A DNA stretch of 64,000 bases. It comes from Owenia fusiformis (taxonomy: Eukaryota). The stretch spans positions 23,436,001 to 23,500,000 of the forward strand of contig CAIIXF020000001.1 in assembly GCA_903813345.2 (NCBI GenBank), in the 5' to 3' direction. Under the pieces are notes generated by a model. The model was not told where the DNA came from and did no database searches. It was given only the letters and a program-made list of their open reading frames with translations. Shown piece by piece: positions 36,404 through 50,307 of the stretch. The translations under genes and the position numbers were made by a program. Numbering within the stretch: the first letter of the stretch is position 1; each line of letters starts with the position of its first letter.

Positions 36404-39400
36404 TCAATATGGTTTCCATGTGCTTGAGAGATCAACATTAGTTCCTCTTATCAAATGTTCGTGATTTCCTTCAAGAATTTCGTCAAAATATTCAACATTT
36501 GGAATTTCTGCAAATATACAAACATTACATTTGTAGATATCTTATGAGACTTGAACTTTGCTATCTTCAATAGATGGCAGATTCAGTACTATAAACAAAA
36601 AAATAAAATGAAATGAAATGAAAGAATCATCTGAGCTGTTTTTTAGTAATGTTCGCCATTCTTCCATTTCAAACTGATAATCAGATGTACAGTACAGTAT
36701 ATGGGCGAACCATGAAAGACAGTTACATATTATTTTTTATATCATAATTCATATCATTTTTTAAAAATATCCTACTGATATATAATGTCAATTTTAAAAT
36801 AAAATTTCAAAACAATTTCAAAACACAGCAGATGGTATTAAACAATTAATGTCCATAATCCCTCTCCCCATATTATAACAAAACAAGGTGATCAATCCCA
36901 TAAACCGGGTTTTAATTCAAATACACAATAATATTAAAGGGGTAATAGCTGTGAAAGAAGGTTTATGACCAAGTCTCACACATCATTCTGAATTTAAAAT
37001 ATTTAAGGATTATTTAAGATGTGAGCTGCAGCTATAGGCTCTTTTAATGCAAACAAGAATATGAGCTTACTGAAGGCCTTTCTCAGGAATCCCACTACAG
37101 CTCTGGTATTGATGTGCATACAGCATTTTGGGTCCAGAGTGTGTCTCATTCTCATGAATCGACCAGCCTGTTTGCTTATCATGAACTGAAAATCAGTCTG
37201 GCTTTGATGGCACCCACCCCTGTAAAACATGCATTACAATATGAACAAACATGGGTTTAAGTCAAAGATGAACAATTTTATTTAGTTATGCATGGATATT
37301 ATCTGAAACAGGCATTAAGGTATCTTATATGTGTAATGCCAACTGCAATTTTTAGTAACTCTCCTCTGTCACCTTAGATTATCCACCAAACAGAGCTTGA
37401 GCTAAGGGCTGGTCAACTGGTCATTGCCAGCGCGGAATTACTTCTGACATGGACCAGTTGTTTTCATTGGAAAATAATGAAAATGACCAAGTTTTCAGTA
37501 GATATAGGAAAATAATGAAAATGACCGAGTTTTCAGTAGGTATAGGAAAACAACATGTCAACTGGTCCATAATGCCATTTTGACCAACTGCTCTGAGAAT
37601 TTCAACTCCTGCCACCTGATACATGTATATAATAATCATGCTTCTAATTTTCAAGGTATTTCGGTTGAAGATGCATTCACAGTTTTCAGTGTATAGTATG
37701 GCTTTCAAATGAGGTACAATAAGGACGTATCATTGCCTTAAATCAGAACTAGGTCAAGATGGCAACAAACCTACATGTACTTCATATATGTGAAATCTTT
37801 ATAAACAAAGAGACTTACATTAAGGTGATCATTTTTCTCTTCTCTTCTAGGTCACCTTGGTCATTATCTAGGTTGCCTGGCATTAAACGGAATTGATCTT
37901 TGATGTTATCAGCCCATTGGAATGTTTCATTGTTTAGAAGCAAGATGGGCTGATCTTGTATCTTGGAATAAAGTTCTGACTCTACTGGGTCAAACCAGCC
38001 ATCTAGTGCAATGGCAACTCTGGAAAAATGAAATATATGAAGGTGATTTGGTATTTAACCTCATGACTACCTGGAGTGACGATAATGAACTAGAAACCCA
38101 GAGAAACAACCAAATTTGTCACAAAATTTTTCACTAAAATTGGTCCTATTTGAACAATTTTCGTCCAATTTACACAAAATTGTTTTAAAATGTGTAGAAA
38201 TGATCTCTGCCATCTAATTTTACTAGGTTGAGCATCTAAAGTTGCACAATGTCAAAAAGTGGCAAAAATGAAATATTCTCTGGTTTCAGCTGATTTTAGA
38301 GCCTGGGATTCAAGTGGTTAACAAAGAGTCTGTGGAAAATCCTTCATTGTGTTCTGTGGTTCTATCATACTTCAGGCCAAGGTTGTCAAATTTCTTTTGT
38401 CTAAAGTAATTCCATAATCATGTAAAAAGTCATCATATTTTTATTATATAGGTAGATATGAGAATTGCAGGATTACAAAGGTTTTGCTTACTTGAATCTG
38501 GAATCTTTGGTAAGAGCTGTGACTGCTGTGCCACCCCCAAATGAGTGGCCAACTACTGCAACTTGGTTCAAGTTGAACCGATTCTAGAAGGATAAGGTGG
38601 TATTTCAATGATAACATGCAATCAAGATTATACAATTATCATTGATAAAAGAATGTGAGATAATATATCAATGATGACACGCAATTACCCAAATGCGAGT
38701 AGGTACATGTAGTTACCAGTTTCACCACCAGGTGGCTGATTCGGGTCAATTAACATGGCAGGTATATAAGAAAGTTCCCTTAAACTTGAATATTATCAAT
38801 TTAAGTGGCTCAATTTTCATATAACCCTTATGCGTCTAATACTTATACTAATGAAAATATGTCCAGTAAAGCAAAATATTATCTGTCCACTAAAAGAAAA
38901 GATACTTCATTTTTTGTGATTTTATAGCATGGGGTCTATGGGGAATCTCCCCGAGCTAGAAGTCACATTTTCAAAGAAAATTAATTTTTCAAAGTTGATA
39001 AACACTTTTTAAAACCACATTTCTAGATGTAATTTTACATGTAGATTTCAAATATGATATTACTTTGACTGAATTTTGAAGTTTTAATGACGTAAATCAA
39101 GATTATTTCTACTCGCATCTGGGTTATTGTGATGCATGTTTATATCATCATTGACAGAAGAATTAGGTAGTATTTCAATGACAACATGCAATCAAGTTTA
39201 TATTATCATTGATACAAGGATGTGAGGTAAAATTTCAATAACTTAATGCAATAATGATGCATCCCCATAATAATACCAATAGAAGAATGTAAGGTATACT
39301 AATTTAAAGAAATGACATGTCATCTAGCAATGTTCATATTAACATTGTTCCAAATGGTTTAAGTTTTTTTACATAGATCATGTGCATATCAAATACATAA

Positions 39401-42400
39401 TCTTTCTATATTCAACAATGAATAAACATTCATTTTATGACTCATCAAAATAATATGAAAACTGCATTGTCTGTAAGTCTCAATTACAGTCTGTAAATCA
39501 ATAAAGTTCCCTGCACACGAACCAGAAACTTATATCCTGGTATATAACTGTAATCTGATCGACTTACAGGTGGCTTATTACTTTTCAATAATATTACAGG
39601 TATGTACAGTAAAACCTGTGTAAGTGGAACATTTATGGTACCATTTAAAAGTGTTCCACTTGGGAGGTGTTCCACTTAAAGGGGTCAATTAACATTATGT
39701 CAATTGGTCATTGGATTTGAGTGTTCTACTTATGCATGTATTCCCCTTACAGAGGTGTTCCTCTTTACAAGTTTTACTGTATAAGATATACCTTAAGATA
39801 AATGCTATTATAATAGATCAGGCCCGTAGCCAGGATTTGCCAAGGGGGGTTCAGTTTTCAAAAATTTCCAGGGGAGGTTCACATCTGACAATTTTGGCCC
39901 AAATGTTGCTAAAATCACTTGAGAAATGCTCAAAATGGTGAAAACTGCATGATTTTGAAAGAATTTTTGGCCAAGGGTGGGTTCGCCCAAACCCTGCGAA
40001 CTGCGAACCCATCGCTTGTTTGTACATTATAAATGATAATCTACAGGCCCGTAGCCAGGGGGGGGGGAGTTCGCCCAAACGGGAAGTGTGGAAACTTCCC
40101 AATGGATCTGCAAAACTTACTTTAAAATTGAGCGCTGTTAATTCCTGGAAGCATAGGACGTTGTTGATGTCTCCTCCTTCATTGAGAGCTGTCAGTAGAT
40201 TCAATGTATTAACACATTCGTCAGCTCTGTGGTGGACCTAGAACACAGCAAGACCACATATTGGAATTTATCATTTCATGTGGGTAAGGGAGGAAGGGGG
40301 GGGGGGGGGGGGGTAGGAAAAAGAAATTCTAAGTCAAAGTGTACGAAATCCAATTGAATATTGTCTAAATGCCATACAATACTTAAATACCCAGATTCAC
40401 AGAACAACTTTTACCAATTATGTAAATAACCTCTGAACTCCTACAAATCATTAGGAATGGTATTGAATGATGTACAATACTAATACAAGCTTAGGTGAAA
40501 CATTTCTCAAACTTTTGGGAATCACAATTTCTTTAAGACATGCATACTGGATATACTTGTCAAGCTAATAATTTCCCTGATGTTTCAGTATTATTTATGA
40601 TTCAATGGAGAAGCAGGATATAACTGTAATTAGAAATAGTTCTAATAATTAGACTCTTGGTGCAACTGATACCCTATCTGGCCTTATCTACCTTATCTGA
40701 ACAAAATGTAATTACATAACCCTGCTATCTGAGATATGCGCTACCTCTAGTTAGACAGCTATGGTAAATGATCATTACTAGTTGATCATGATTAGAAATA
40801 TTAATCTGACATATGTTCAATAACAGACACATATTTGTACAGATCTTATACTATCCAGTTAACAAATCAAGTTCAAGACCTGCCATTCAAAAGTATTTTT
40901 CAATCAATTATTTTTCATTGCTCAACACAAAAACATTCCTTTCAGATTGTCTTACATGTGATTGAACACAAGATTTGCAGGTTCTCCCACTGATAAGGTG
41001 CAGTTGCTATGGTGATAAACAAATGGTGAATGTAGACAGCGATTGATGGTTTCCAAGGTAACAGTTGCAAAGTTAGTAAACAACAGGAAAGCTAAATATT
41101 TGATTGGAGTGTAGTTGAATCATTGAAAACCTTGAACAGCGTTTATTTGAATCTGATCATTGAACAGTTAAAACATCATGACATAAAAGAGTCAAATCAT
41201 CCTACAGTTTGGCAAGTAAATACCATAGTTTGAACGATGTGGAGTCCAAAGTGAAAACAAGACATTAACATGTCAACCCATTGTCTTTCTTGATGTATAA
41301 AATGAATTGTATGATAACATGAAATTAAATTTCTTGAGTCATAATTTTTTATGAATGGCCTCCGGATTAGCCTTTAGGCCAATCCAGATTTTATCAGATT
41401 CAGAACCACTCATTTTTACATTTACTTTTTAACCCTTATATAAAAAAAGAGAAAGGCTTCAGTGAAAGTGACATTTATGACTATCATATTTGCATGTTGA
41501 TAACACAGACAAACATTTGATACATTAACATACCTTCCAAAGGCCTTACAGGATTATAGCCAGGGGGCATAAGTCAATTTGTAAACAGTCACTTTCCAAA
41601 CATTACCAACTCAGCTAAACATGCATGGCCATCAGGATTTATCCAAAATGGGATAGACTAACAAACATTGATCATTCATTTGCACACATGCCTTTCAGTT
41701 CATAGGTCTTTTAACAAGATTTAATCATTTAGCCAGTTCAAGAATAAAAAATATGCAAGTAGACTGCGTGACCTAGTCATAGTGCCTGACCTATCGATTT
41801 TACAAGACCAAATTATCAAAACATCACCTGATGATATTAGCCTACCTCACAAAAATAGTTTTTTAATCACCCACACCATGCTCATAGTGATACAGTATAA
41901 ATGTAGCTAAATTGAAACCTTTGCTATATTTGCTCTAAAAATAGTCCCATGTGATTCATAATTAAGTGTCATATCAAGAGATGAGTGGAAGTCATATAGA
42001 TATCCGGCACACTAGAGATAGCATTTTCGTCCCATAACCATGCAAAGTAAAATTTGCAGAATGTAAATGGAATGTAAATATCAGTACAGCTTTAATTTGA
42101 TAAATCACTTTTTAACCACTCCAATTTAGCACCTATTCGTTAGTAGTGATATTTTCAAGCATACCTGTTTATTCCGAAATTCAAAGTTAAATAATGGTGA
42201 GATTTTTTCATATTTGAGCCACTCTGCATCGTGAGTAAAGCTTGGAAGCCTGTGGAAGTGTTCCCCTCGTGTTTCACCCACATTGTTGTTAAAGCTGTCT
42301 TTTAAGTGATATGTCATAGATGCTGAACCATCTCTGAAAAACAAATGTTTTTAATGTTAAATGCCTGAAATGACTTTTCTCATAATTTCATGATTTTGAG

Positions 42401-45400
42401 TTTATTAAACGTGAATACCATTTTCTTGAGAACAGGAGAGAAAAATATAATATACAGTAATGCATTTCAAAATTAAAATATACCAAAAATATAATATTTT
42501 ATTTCAGGTCCGTAGCCAGGATTTGCCAAGGTGGTTCACTTTTTGAAAAATTCCAGGGGGGTTCACTTGGTCCAAAAGTGGCCAAAATCACTAAAAAAGT
42601 GCTCAGAATGGTGAAAAACTGCATTTTTTGGCCAGGGGGGTTTATGGCAAAAATTATTACAAGCTTCAGATGTAGCGAACAAATATAAACAAAAAATTGT
42701 CTCAATTTTAAAATATTTTGGGCTAATATCATGTCTATTTTCTAAAAATCCTAAAAATTGGGAACAGTAATTCATGTTTCAGTCTACAGGTTTCACTGGA
42801 CAATTAAATTACCAGAAAAGCAGGTTTCACTGTATATTTTACCAGACATGCAATGAGCTGATTGCAATCATGGCACAAAATATTGTTACTGTTACCATTT
42901 TCAATCATTCAATAATGAGTAACCTAAGGACAATCAGATGCGTTGTGAACATTTGCAAAACCCATTTTGGCTCATTATCAAAAAATCAATTACAAATATA
43001 TTTTCATAACAATTTTGAAGATTTAAAAGCCACTGTTGTTGTCCTGACATTTCCTAGAATGAAACCTTCCAGTCCAGCACATATGTATTTTCAATAAACT
43101 TTATTTTCAATAAACCAACGTTACATGTTTCTCACCTGTGTTCTATAGCAGCTACAACAAAGCCATAGCTGGCGACATCCATCAATAAGGTTGTATTTGT
43201 GGTACGATTGCCCCCCATACCATGGGAGAATACAATTACTGGGTACTTGTGCCCACGTAGTATTGAGGCCTGCCACAATACTGGGGCGTACACATCTCCT
43301 AAAATACAAATAAAATTGTGTGCATTTGTTCAACAATGTCCTTCAAGGTTAAAAGATTAATGTTCATTCACGATATATTTGGCAATTTGGGAAACACTCT
43401 GGAACAATAAATTATGTTTTTTCATCTATCATTTTAAAGATATTTTCCAGGATCTAATTCAAAGATACAAATGTTCAATTACATTTTTGGAATAAGGGAT
43501 CAATCAGAAATCAATTTAATCATTCTTAGAAATAACATGATATGGACTCCGCTAAGTCAATAAGTGTTTCTATAATCTTGCAAATTGAGAACTTAACTCT
43601 GATTAAAGGAGAAAAAATTCTTAGATCAAAATGGAGAAACTGGCATTCTTCCTTGTCTTGTTTCAGTCTGTAGAAGAACTGATAACATAACTGCCACAAG
43701 TGTTGCTAAATATGACGGAGTGTTTCATATGTTAGTTCCTTCCTGAATTTCTGATATTTCATCTTTACCAGATTTTCATACGTAGAGTAAGAATTTAATA
43801 AGATATGTATTAAGCATTTTTAATAAATCGTATAACTATAGAGGTAATAAGCAAATATCAATAATAAGGGTTATGCATATGATCTCTTATTTATCTAAAG
43901 CTGATCATGAGTCGTATGACATTTATATTAATTCAAGGCTGATTTTGACATTCACAAAATACCCTGCAGTTTAATTACAATTACAGTGCTTTTACCTCCG
44001 AAATATTGTAACAATTTCCCGAACACCTTGGCAGGCCAATTGAGGAAATCTGCATAACCCTCAAAGTAATGTTTCCGTGGTAACCAAAGGGGCCATTGAA
44101 GGTGCCTTTCCTGGAAAGAAATGACAAAACTAGACATTCTTAAACAAAAACAGTATGACATTTTGTTAAATTTAATTGATGACCTATAAACATTTTATAA
44201 TACATGTAAGGGATGATACAATGGATTGTAAGTACATGTATGATAATTGTCAATAATTGTCAAAAACAGTCAACCTGCCAGTTATAACAGCTCAATAAAA
44301 GTAGCTAAACAAATACCAACAATAGAAGATCATAACTGATTCATTGGGGAACCTGGGATTCTGAAGTAGATAAATTTTCAGGAAGCAGAGGGAGTCTGTA
44401 TTGATTCTTTCAAGAATTCTATATGAAGAACCAAGGAATGACAGGTGGTTTATAGACCTTCCTTTTCAGAAAATAAGTCCAGGGATTTTCAGATTCTCAT
44501 ACAGATAACTTTATGATCCAAGGGATTTAACCTTGGGGAGGACATAAAGCTTAAAGCGGAAATAATGTCAGGTATCCTAATCATCATTATATGTAGTTCC
44601 AATACTACTGAATAAAATGCAATAAGTTGAAAATCTTGTTATGTGTTAGTTTTTGTATAATATTGAAAATAAAAATAATAAATTGACCCAGTGACCCAGT
44701 TGTCTGTTGGACGGGGCTCGCCATATTTCCCTCAGAGACCCGGATGTAGACCGGAAGTGTGACGTTTCTGCGACCTGAGCCGATATAAATGACAATTGCC
44801 ATTTTCTCATTAAACCACATTGAAACAATTCATCTCTACATCTAATGGTATAAGTAACATTTTTAATCATTGAAAAGCTTGAAGATTAGTGTTAAAGCTT
44901 AAACTGCCTATTTGTTCGCTTCTGAAATATATAGCAACACTATAATCAAATCAACCTGTCACTTTAAACATCAATATAGACTCTGTTGCAAACATTATTT
45001 TCGCATTATACTAAATGCACTATTCATCAATGACATGGAGCAACAGATACTTTGACCACTCCATCATTTGTTATTTAATTGAAGGTCATCAGTTGATCCA
45101 CCAGGTTTATATTAGTTAAATTAGCTAGTTGCTTGGAAACAGTTAGGAGGTGCTACCCTGCCTACAGAGTGCCGAGTCTAGTTAACAAAGCTCTCTTTTA
45201 AGAAGAGAAATTGAACAATGCAAAGGGTAACCAGGGGCAAATTCTGTTGATCAAATTTAACAAAAGGATTATAAAATATGATATAAAAGAAAAAGTATTC
45301 TTAACATATAAATTGTTCTTTCAAGATTCTTGACGTCATTCTTGAATTTTATTTCAACGACTAAAAGGTTTTATAAAGTTTCAAGAGAGTTAAATGTCAA

Positions 45401-48400
45401 CAAATATCACAATGAAAGAGGGTTGCTGATTTTCACAGTGAATGGGAAGGATATTGACACTTAGCATACACTTTTGAGCTTTTTTTATAAAATGCCAATG
45501 ATGTGTTTACACTTACAGTAAATTCAATGTTTATGTGGGAGTTCAAAAATGTATAGCGACCCGTATATTTTTACTCATACATTTAACCTCAGAGCAACAT
45601 AAAACTCTCTACGCTGAATTTAATTCCTAAAACCTACAAAATACCTGAGTACATGAGCACCCATACTTAATTTAACCCAGTATTTATCCCAGTATCTAAG
45701 GATGTACTGTCATGTGCCATTTTTGAGCTCACTTAACAGTTCATGTATATTTACGATTCCTTCAAGGGAACAGTTTACGTAACCATATAATGTCATCTCT
45801 AATTTGAACAAAACAATTTAAATGTAGTAAACTTATGTAAGAATTAAGTCAATCATAATTAGCCAATACTATGTGCATATGAAGAGGTAGCCACATTTCT
45901 GATAACAATATAACAATAAATGCGTCATCAAATTATGAAAAAGATCAGAAAAGTATTTTTATTTTGAGGAATTCACTTTGAAATGGTGACCAAATATACA
46001 GGTTTTACTGTACAGTAAACTGATCAGTTAGAGTGAAAAAGGAAAATAGCTAGCCATATGAACATGGTTAACACTGGGTGGGTCTCAATCATAAACTAAA
46101 GCTTAGAGTGCACTAACAAATGTTGTACATTACTCCAACTGTCTCATAAAAGCATCCCTGATATAGTCAAATAGAAAGATTGTGTCCAAAATTTGAAAAT
46201 ATCATGAGAGCAAAGAGATTTCAATAAGTTGTTAAAAGTTCTCATATCTCAAATAAAAGCAATATAAAAAGTCCATCTCAGGGTATTACTAATTGGAAAA
46301 AACCAATGAATTTACACATGACATCCTGAATAAGCAGTAAGTGGGCGTATCAGTACCTATACCAAATATATTACATGAGTAACCAAATACCAAAAAACAC
46401 ACTTAATGTTTCTTCAAAAATTTAGAAATTGAATATAAGTATACATGTTGAAAGCACTGATACATCACACTAAGTAATATACAAATCGGTTGTATGAAAC
46501 TTTTAGTATTAATTGTGTCATTTTGTATCAGAGTCTGTAGTTTTACTTTTTGTTTTTGTTAAATTGACTGATACATCATTTGACATAATTTAATTTAGTC
46601 AATAAAAAATACAACACATAACACTATATCAAAACATACTATTACAAGACATAAGGACAATTCATAATTATTTCCTGATAGTTGTCTACTATATACTGCA
46701 TTGGGAGTCATACCAATTGAATTAAAACAATTCTACCTGAGGAAAAATGTACATGACGATGATGATGTGAAGGTGGATTGACTAATCTAACATGGATGTT
46801 CAAATTCACCTTCTGGGTTAACATTACGGATCATGAGATATTTATGATGCTATTTTATCATCATGTACTTTGTACTGAGTACTGCCCACTTAATTTATGT
46901 GTACATGTTTCCACCTACCTAGTAATGTCAAAAGATAACATTCTTTAAGCAGTGCACTTTAACCTGGGTTTGTCACTTAAGTCTTTCCTTTTCATTAATT
47001 CTGAATTAATTTCTGACAGAATTAATTATTGCAAGAATTATATTATTCAACTCAACTAATACTTTACCTATTTATGATCTACATAAATAGCCCATTATTT
47101 GAAAATTAAAATTTTGGATAAATAAAGTTAAAATATGTAAAACTGAAACACAATTTGGGGTAATACCTATAGAAACAGGATAATTCAAATCACCAATATA
47201 AAATCTCTGGAATCATTCTGATGAAACTCATTTCAAAACATGTGTTTTATACAGACATAAATTCATGAACTTTGTAAAAAAAAATAATGACAAAATACAA
47301 TAGGACATCAGCCACATTTGTTTTGAATTTTCAAAATATGCCCCTGCGTTTTTCTGTAGCAAGGTTTTACCAAGGGGAGCTTTTTACACTAAAGAGCTAA
47401 AAATTTATGCAAATAGTGCTCAGAATGGTGTAAAACTTCATGTTTTGAAAGAACTTCTGGCTTTCCCCCTCCTAGCCATGGGTCTGCTGTGTTTTGAATT
47501 GTTTTTCATCTACTTCACTAAATGTTAAAATAAAACACCATTTCGGGTATGTCAGACGTTTCATTAGAAACAGCAAACAGGCGATTTTCACTTGTTTTCA
47601 CAAAATCACATGTTGTCATAAGGGACCTTTCAACTTTTATGATTTCCATAATTATTTTTTTCTATTTTCTCCGTCCCTGACATACAAATATAGTGGAATT
47701 TGTGTCCATAATGATAAATAGGAACTTGAAAATTTGAACTGATATTCAAATGTTAATGCCGACTCTTCAAATGTTGAGGTGATTTGGGAGCCCGATTACG
47801 CCGCAAGGAGGATTGGCTCCCAGAATGCAACATGACACGTGCCAGCTTTCAAAATGCCGTTCCACCATTTTGAAACCTGTCACGAGTAAATAAGGTTAAC
47901 TGATGTTGCATTCTGGGAGTCAATCCTCTTTGGATCACAAACATGCTGATTCATGAAAACATTCGTTCGATTTGGTAGGAATTTATCCATCATTTGCAGG
48001 TATGAAGTTTTGGATTCACTTATTGTGCTACTTACCATTATTTTTCTACCGCTTGGGAGAGTTTGAGACATGAAATCTAGAATTTAGCTCATTGTGACAA
48101 CTTTTGATGGTTGAGGTTTATTATGATGTCTCCGACTGTAATTATGTTCACCACTTAAGGTTCGGCTGGAAAGTAACATTTTGGTAAAAAATTGCTATAG
48201 GCCTACCTGCACATGTTATTTTCTGGTACAAAATTAAGTATGAAGTCATGTGTGTATTTCTTTGCTTTTTTCAGGAAAGTATCATTACACTGTCTACTTT
48301 TAGTAAACCTGGAAACAGGTCAATGGTCGTAGCTCCTGTGTTGTCTGGAAACTTTGAAAGAAAATTTGGAAAAATAGAAAGTGTGAAATATCAGAATTTC

Positions 48401-50307
48401 CATGAGTTCCCATTGAACTCCTACTAGATATTCTTAAAGAAGACAATATAATGATACTTTTCTGAAAAAAGCAAGGCAATTGACACATGTCTTCATACTT
48501 TATTTTGTACCAGAAAATAACATGTGCATGCTGGTATAGCAATTTTTTACCAAAATGTGAGACCCTATCTGTTGCAAGACTAACGCCTGGCGTAACCGTC
48601 ACCATGTTATATAGTGTTTTTTAAGTAGCGCAAGGATCCTGCCATGACCGTGGTAATGTTATCGTGAAAGCCTGGTATAACCGCGACAATGCTGTATTAT
48701 ATTGCAATGCCTGCCATGACCGTGACAATGTAATATAGTTCTGCAAGGCTTGGTATGACCGTAACAATGTAATATGGTACTGCAAAGCCTGGCATGACCG
48801 TGACAATGTAGTATAGTATTGCAAGTTCAGGTATGAGAGTGGTACTGTAGAAATTTACGATTAGGACTGCTATAACCGTGACAATGTGTATTGCAAAGCA
48901 TTGCATGACCATGACAATGTATTATGGGATTGCAAAGCCTGGTATGACCGTGACAATGTAATATAGTATTGCAAGGCCAGGTATGAGGGTGGTAATGTAG
49001 AGATTTAGGCTTAGTTCTACTATGACCGTTATAATGTATTGCAATGACTAGTAAATATGTATGATATTATGCCAGGAATATCCTTAACAATTCTAAGTGA
49101 TCCTCATTACAATTAAACAGTTTAATACTATGATCATGGTGTTTAACTACCTTAATCATGTCAAAATCAAAATTACTACTACATTAATATTCACATTCGC
49201 TTATAAACCACAATAAAGGCTACGGTCGCGCCAGGCTTCCACGATAACACTTCCAGGGTCATGACAGGCCTTGCAATAGAATACAGCATTGTCACGGTTA
49301 TACCAGCCTGTCACGGTTATACCAGGCTTACACGATAACACTACCACGGTCATGGCAGGATCCTTGCGCTACTTAAAAAACACTGATTAACATGGTGACG
49401 GTTGTGGCAGGCGTAAGTCTTGCAATAGATAGCATGTGCAAAATGTTAGGCTACTTTCCAGCTGTACCCATAGGCTAAGGGTTAAGTAATAGTAAGCTGT
49501 ATATATAAGAGACAGGTCCACAAGTAAGATTGAAAATTATTCAAATTTTTTTAGTCTTGGCACTAGTTCTCCTTACTGGTATCAAATTTTATTCCAAAAT
49601 TTCTCCAAAATCTTCTTCAAAGTGTTTTTCAAACTTATATCATTGTTTTTTTCAAATCTTTATCTAAAAACTGCATATTATACTGCATATAAAACAACAA
49701 CTATGGAAACCTACAATTGCCTGGCAAGCTGAAACTGATTGTCACTGGTGGAGGTCAGGGAGGTCAGCAGTGACCAATCAGATCACTTGTTTACTAATGA
49801 ACTTGCCAGGCAATTGTAGGTTTTCAGAAATTCTCTCTTTTAGACAGCATTATTCACTCTATATCATCTGACTGAGTTTCAATCTTAGGTAAGAGCTACA
49901 AACTATCAATTTTATATCAACTCCCCATGGCTTTTTGAAAATAATACACTAAATATTGTTGAAATCTCCATCTTAACAAGTGGTCTAAGTCAGAGTTGTT
50001 CACCTGTCTCTTATATATACAGCTTACTATTACTTAACCCTTAGCCTATGGCTGTACCTAAGGCGTTCTAAACTGAATAGATCTATATAAATGTCAAAGG
50101 CAAAGTCAAACTTACAAATATATCAGTCGACTGCGTCGGGTAGAACAATCTGACGAACGTTCCATTCTTATTGGGCTCACTCATCAAGTCTAAACATCCA
50201 ACGGTGAACGGCCCTGTAGGAATTGGCAAATGCTTTCGTTCAATCCTTCTCGAATTCCTATTCGGCTGCTTGAAAAGTCCCATATCGATATCTTCTTTCC
50301 TCCCCAT
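36404..50307 (-). CDS. PAFAH2: Platelet-activating factor acetylhydrolase (PAF-AH II / Lp-PLA2 family), 9 exons, ~433 aa
   Basis: Exons 50307-50116, 44110-43996, 43298-43136, 42333-42165, 40237-40121, 38583-38492, 38019-37819, 37219-37071 and 36507-36404 join in frame. Motifs: LPIPTGPFTVGCLDLM, RLFYP, YPVIVFSHGMGG, AAIEHRDGSAS, catalytic GHSFGG (Ser), LDGW (Asp) and HQSQTDF (His). An MG start and no signal peptide suggest the intracellular type; orthology to PAFAH2 versus PLA2G7 was not tested. Confidence 0.95.
38055..38321. mobile_element. piggyBac-like MITE remnant
   Basis: TTAA-cctcatgactacc ... gggattcaagtgg-TTAA, with subterminal gaaacccagagaa / ttctctggtttc. Confidence 0.45.
38688..39123 (+). 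mobile_element. Intact MITE, 15-bp TIR, 3-bp TTA TSD (PIF/Harbinger-like)
   Basis: tta|cccaaatgcgagtag ... ctactcgcatctggg|tta. Confidence 0.85.
39607..39779. mobile_element. pogo/Tigger-type MITE
   Basis: TA|cagtaaaacctgt...acaagttttactg|TA. Confidence 0.75.
48559..49438. mobile_element. Foldback/MuDR-like element with long TIRs containing 39-bp tandem repeats; TSD CAAAATGT
   Basis: ctatctgttgcaagactaacgcctg...ttaagtagcgcaaggatcctgccatgaccgtggta is mirrored at ~49315-49432. 39-bp units start at 48703, 48742, 48781 and 48820. caaaatgt flanks both sides (48551-48558, 49439-49446). Confidence 0.8.
49469..50050. mobile_element. Young MITE, perfect 49-bp TIR, 8-bp TSD GCTGTACC (P- or hAT-like CA...TG ends)
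   Basis: cataggctaagggttaagtaatagtaagctgtatatataagagacaggt has an exact reverse complement ending at 50050. gctgtacc lies at 49461-49468 and 50051-50058. Confidence 0.92.

Larger units (their letters stand above)
48155..50062. mobile_element. Outer MITE (TTAAGG end) whose right arm is split by two later insertions
   Basis: The left arm ttaaggttcggctggaaagtaacattttggtaaaaaattgctata...tatgaagtcatgtgt pairs with three separated pieces: 48484-48558, 49447-49468 and 50059-50062. Confidence 0.75.

Noticed and set aside
48621-49040. Regular 39-bp repeats as a CRISPR-like array or repeat-protein ORF
   Set aside because: There are no unique spacers, the context is eukaryotic, and the repeats belong to a foldback transposon arm.
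49497-49516. Similarity to the Tn5 mosaic end / Nextera adapter (tataagagacag; ctgtctcttata near 50004)
   Set aside because: Only 12 nt match contiguously. The motif is embedded in a 49-bp TIR with a genuine 8-bp TSD, so a natural element is more likely than adapter contamination.
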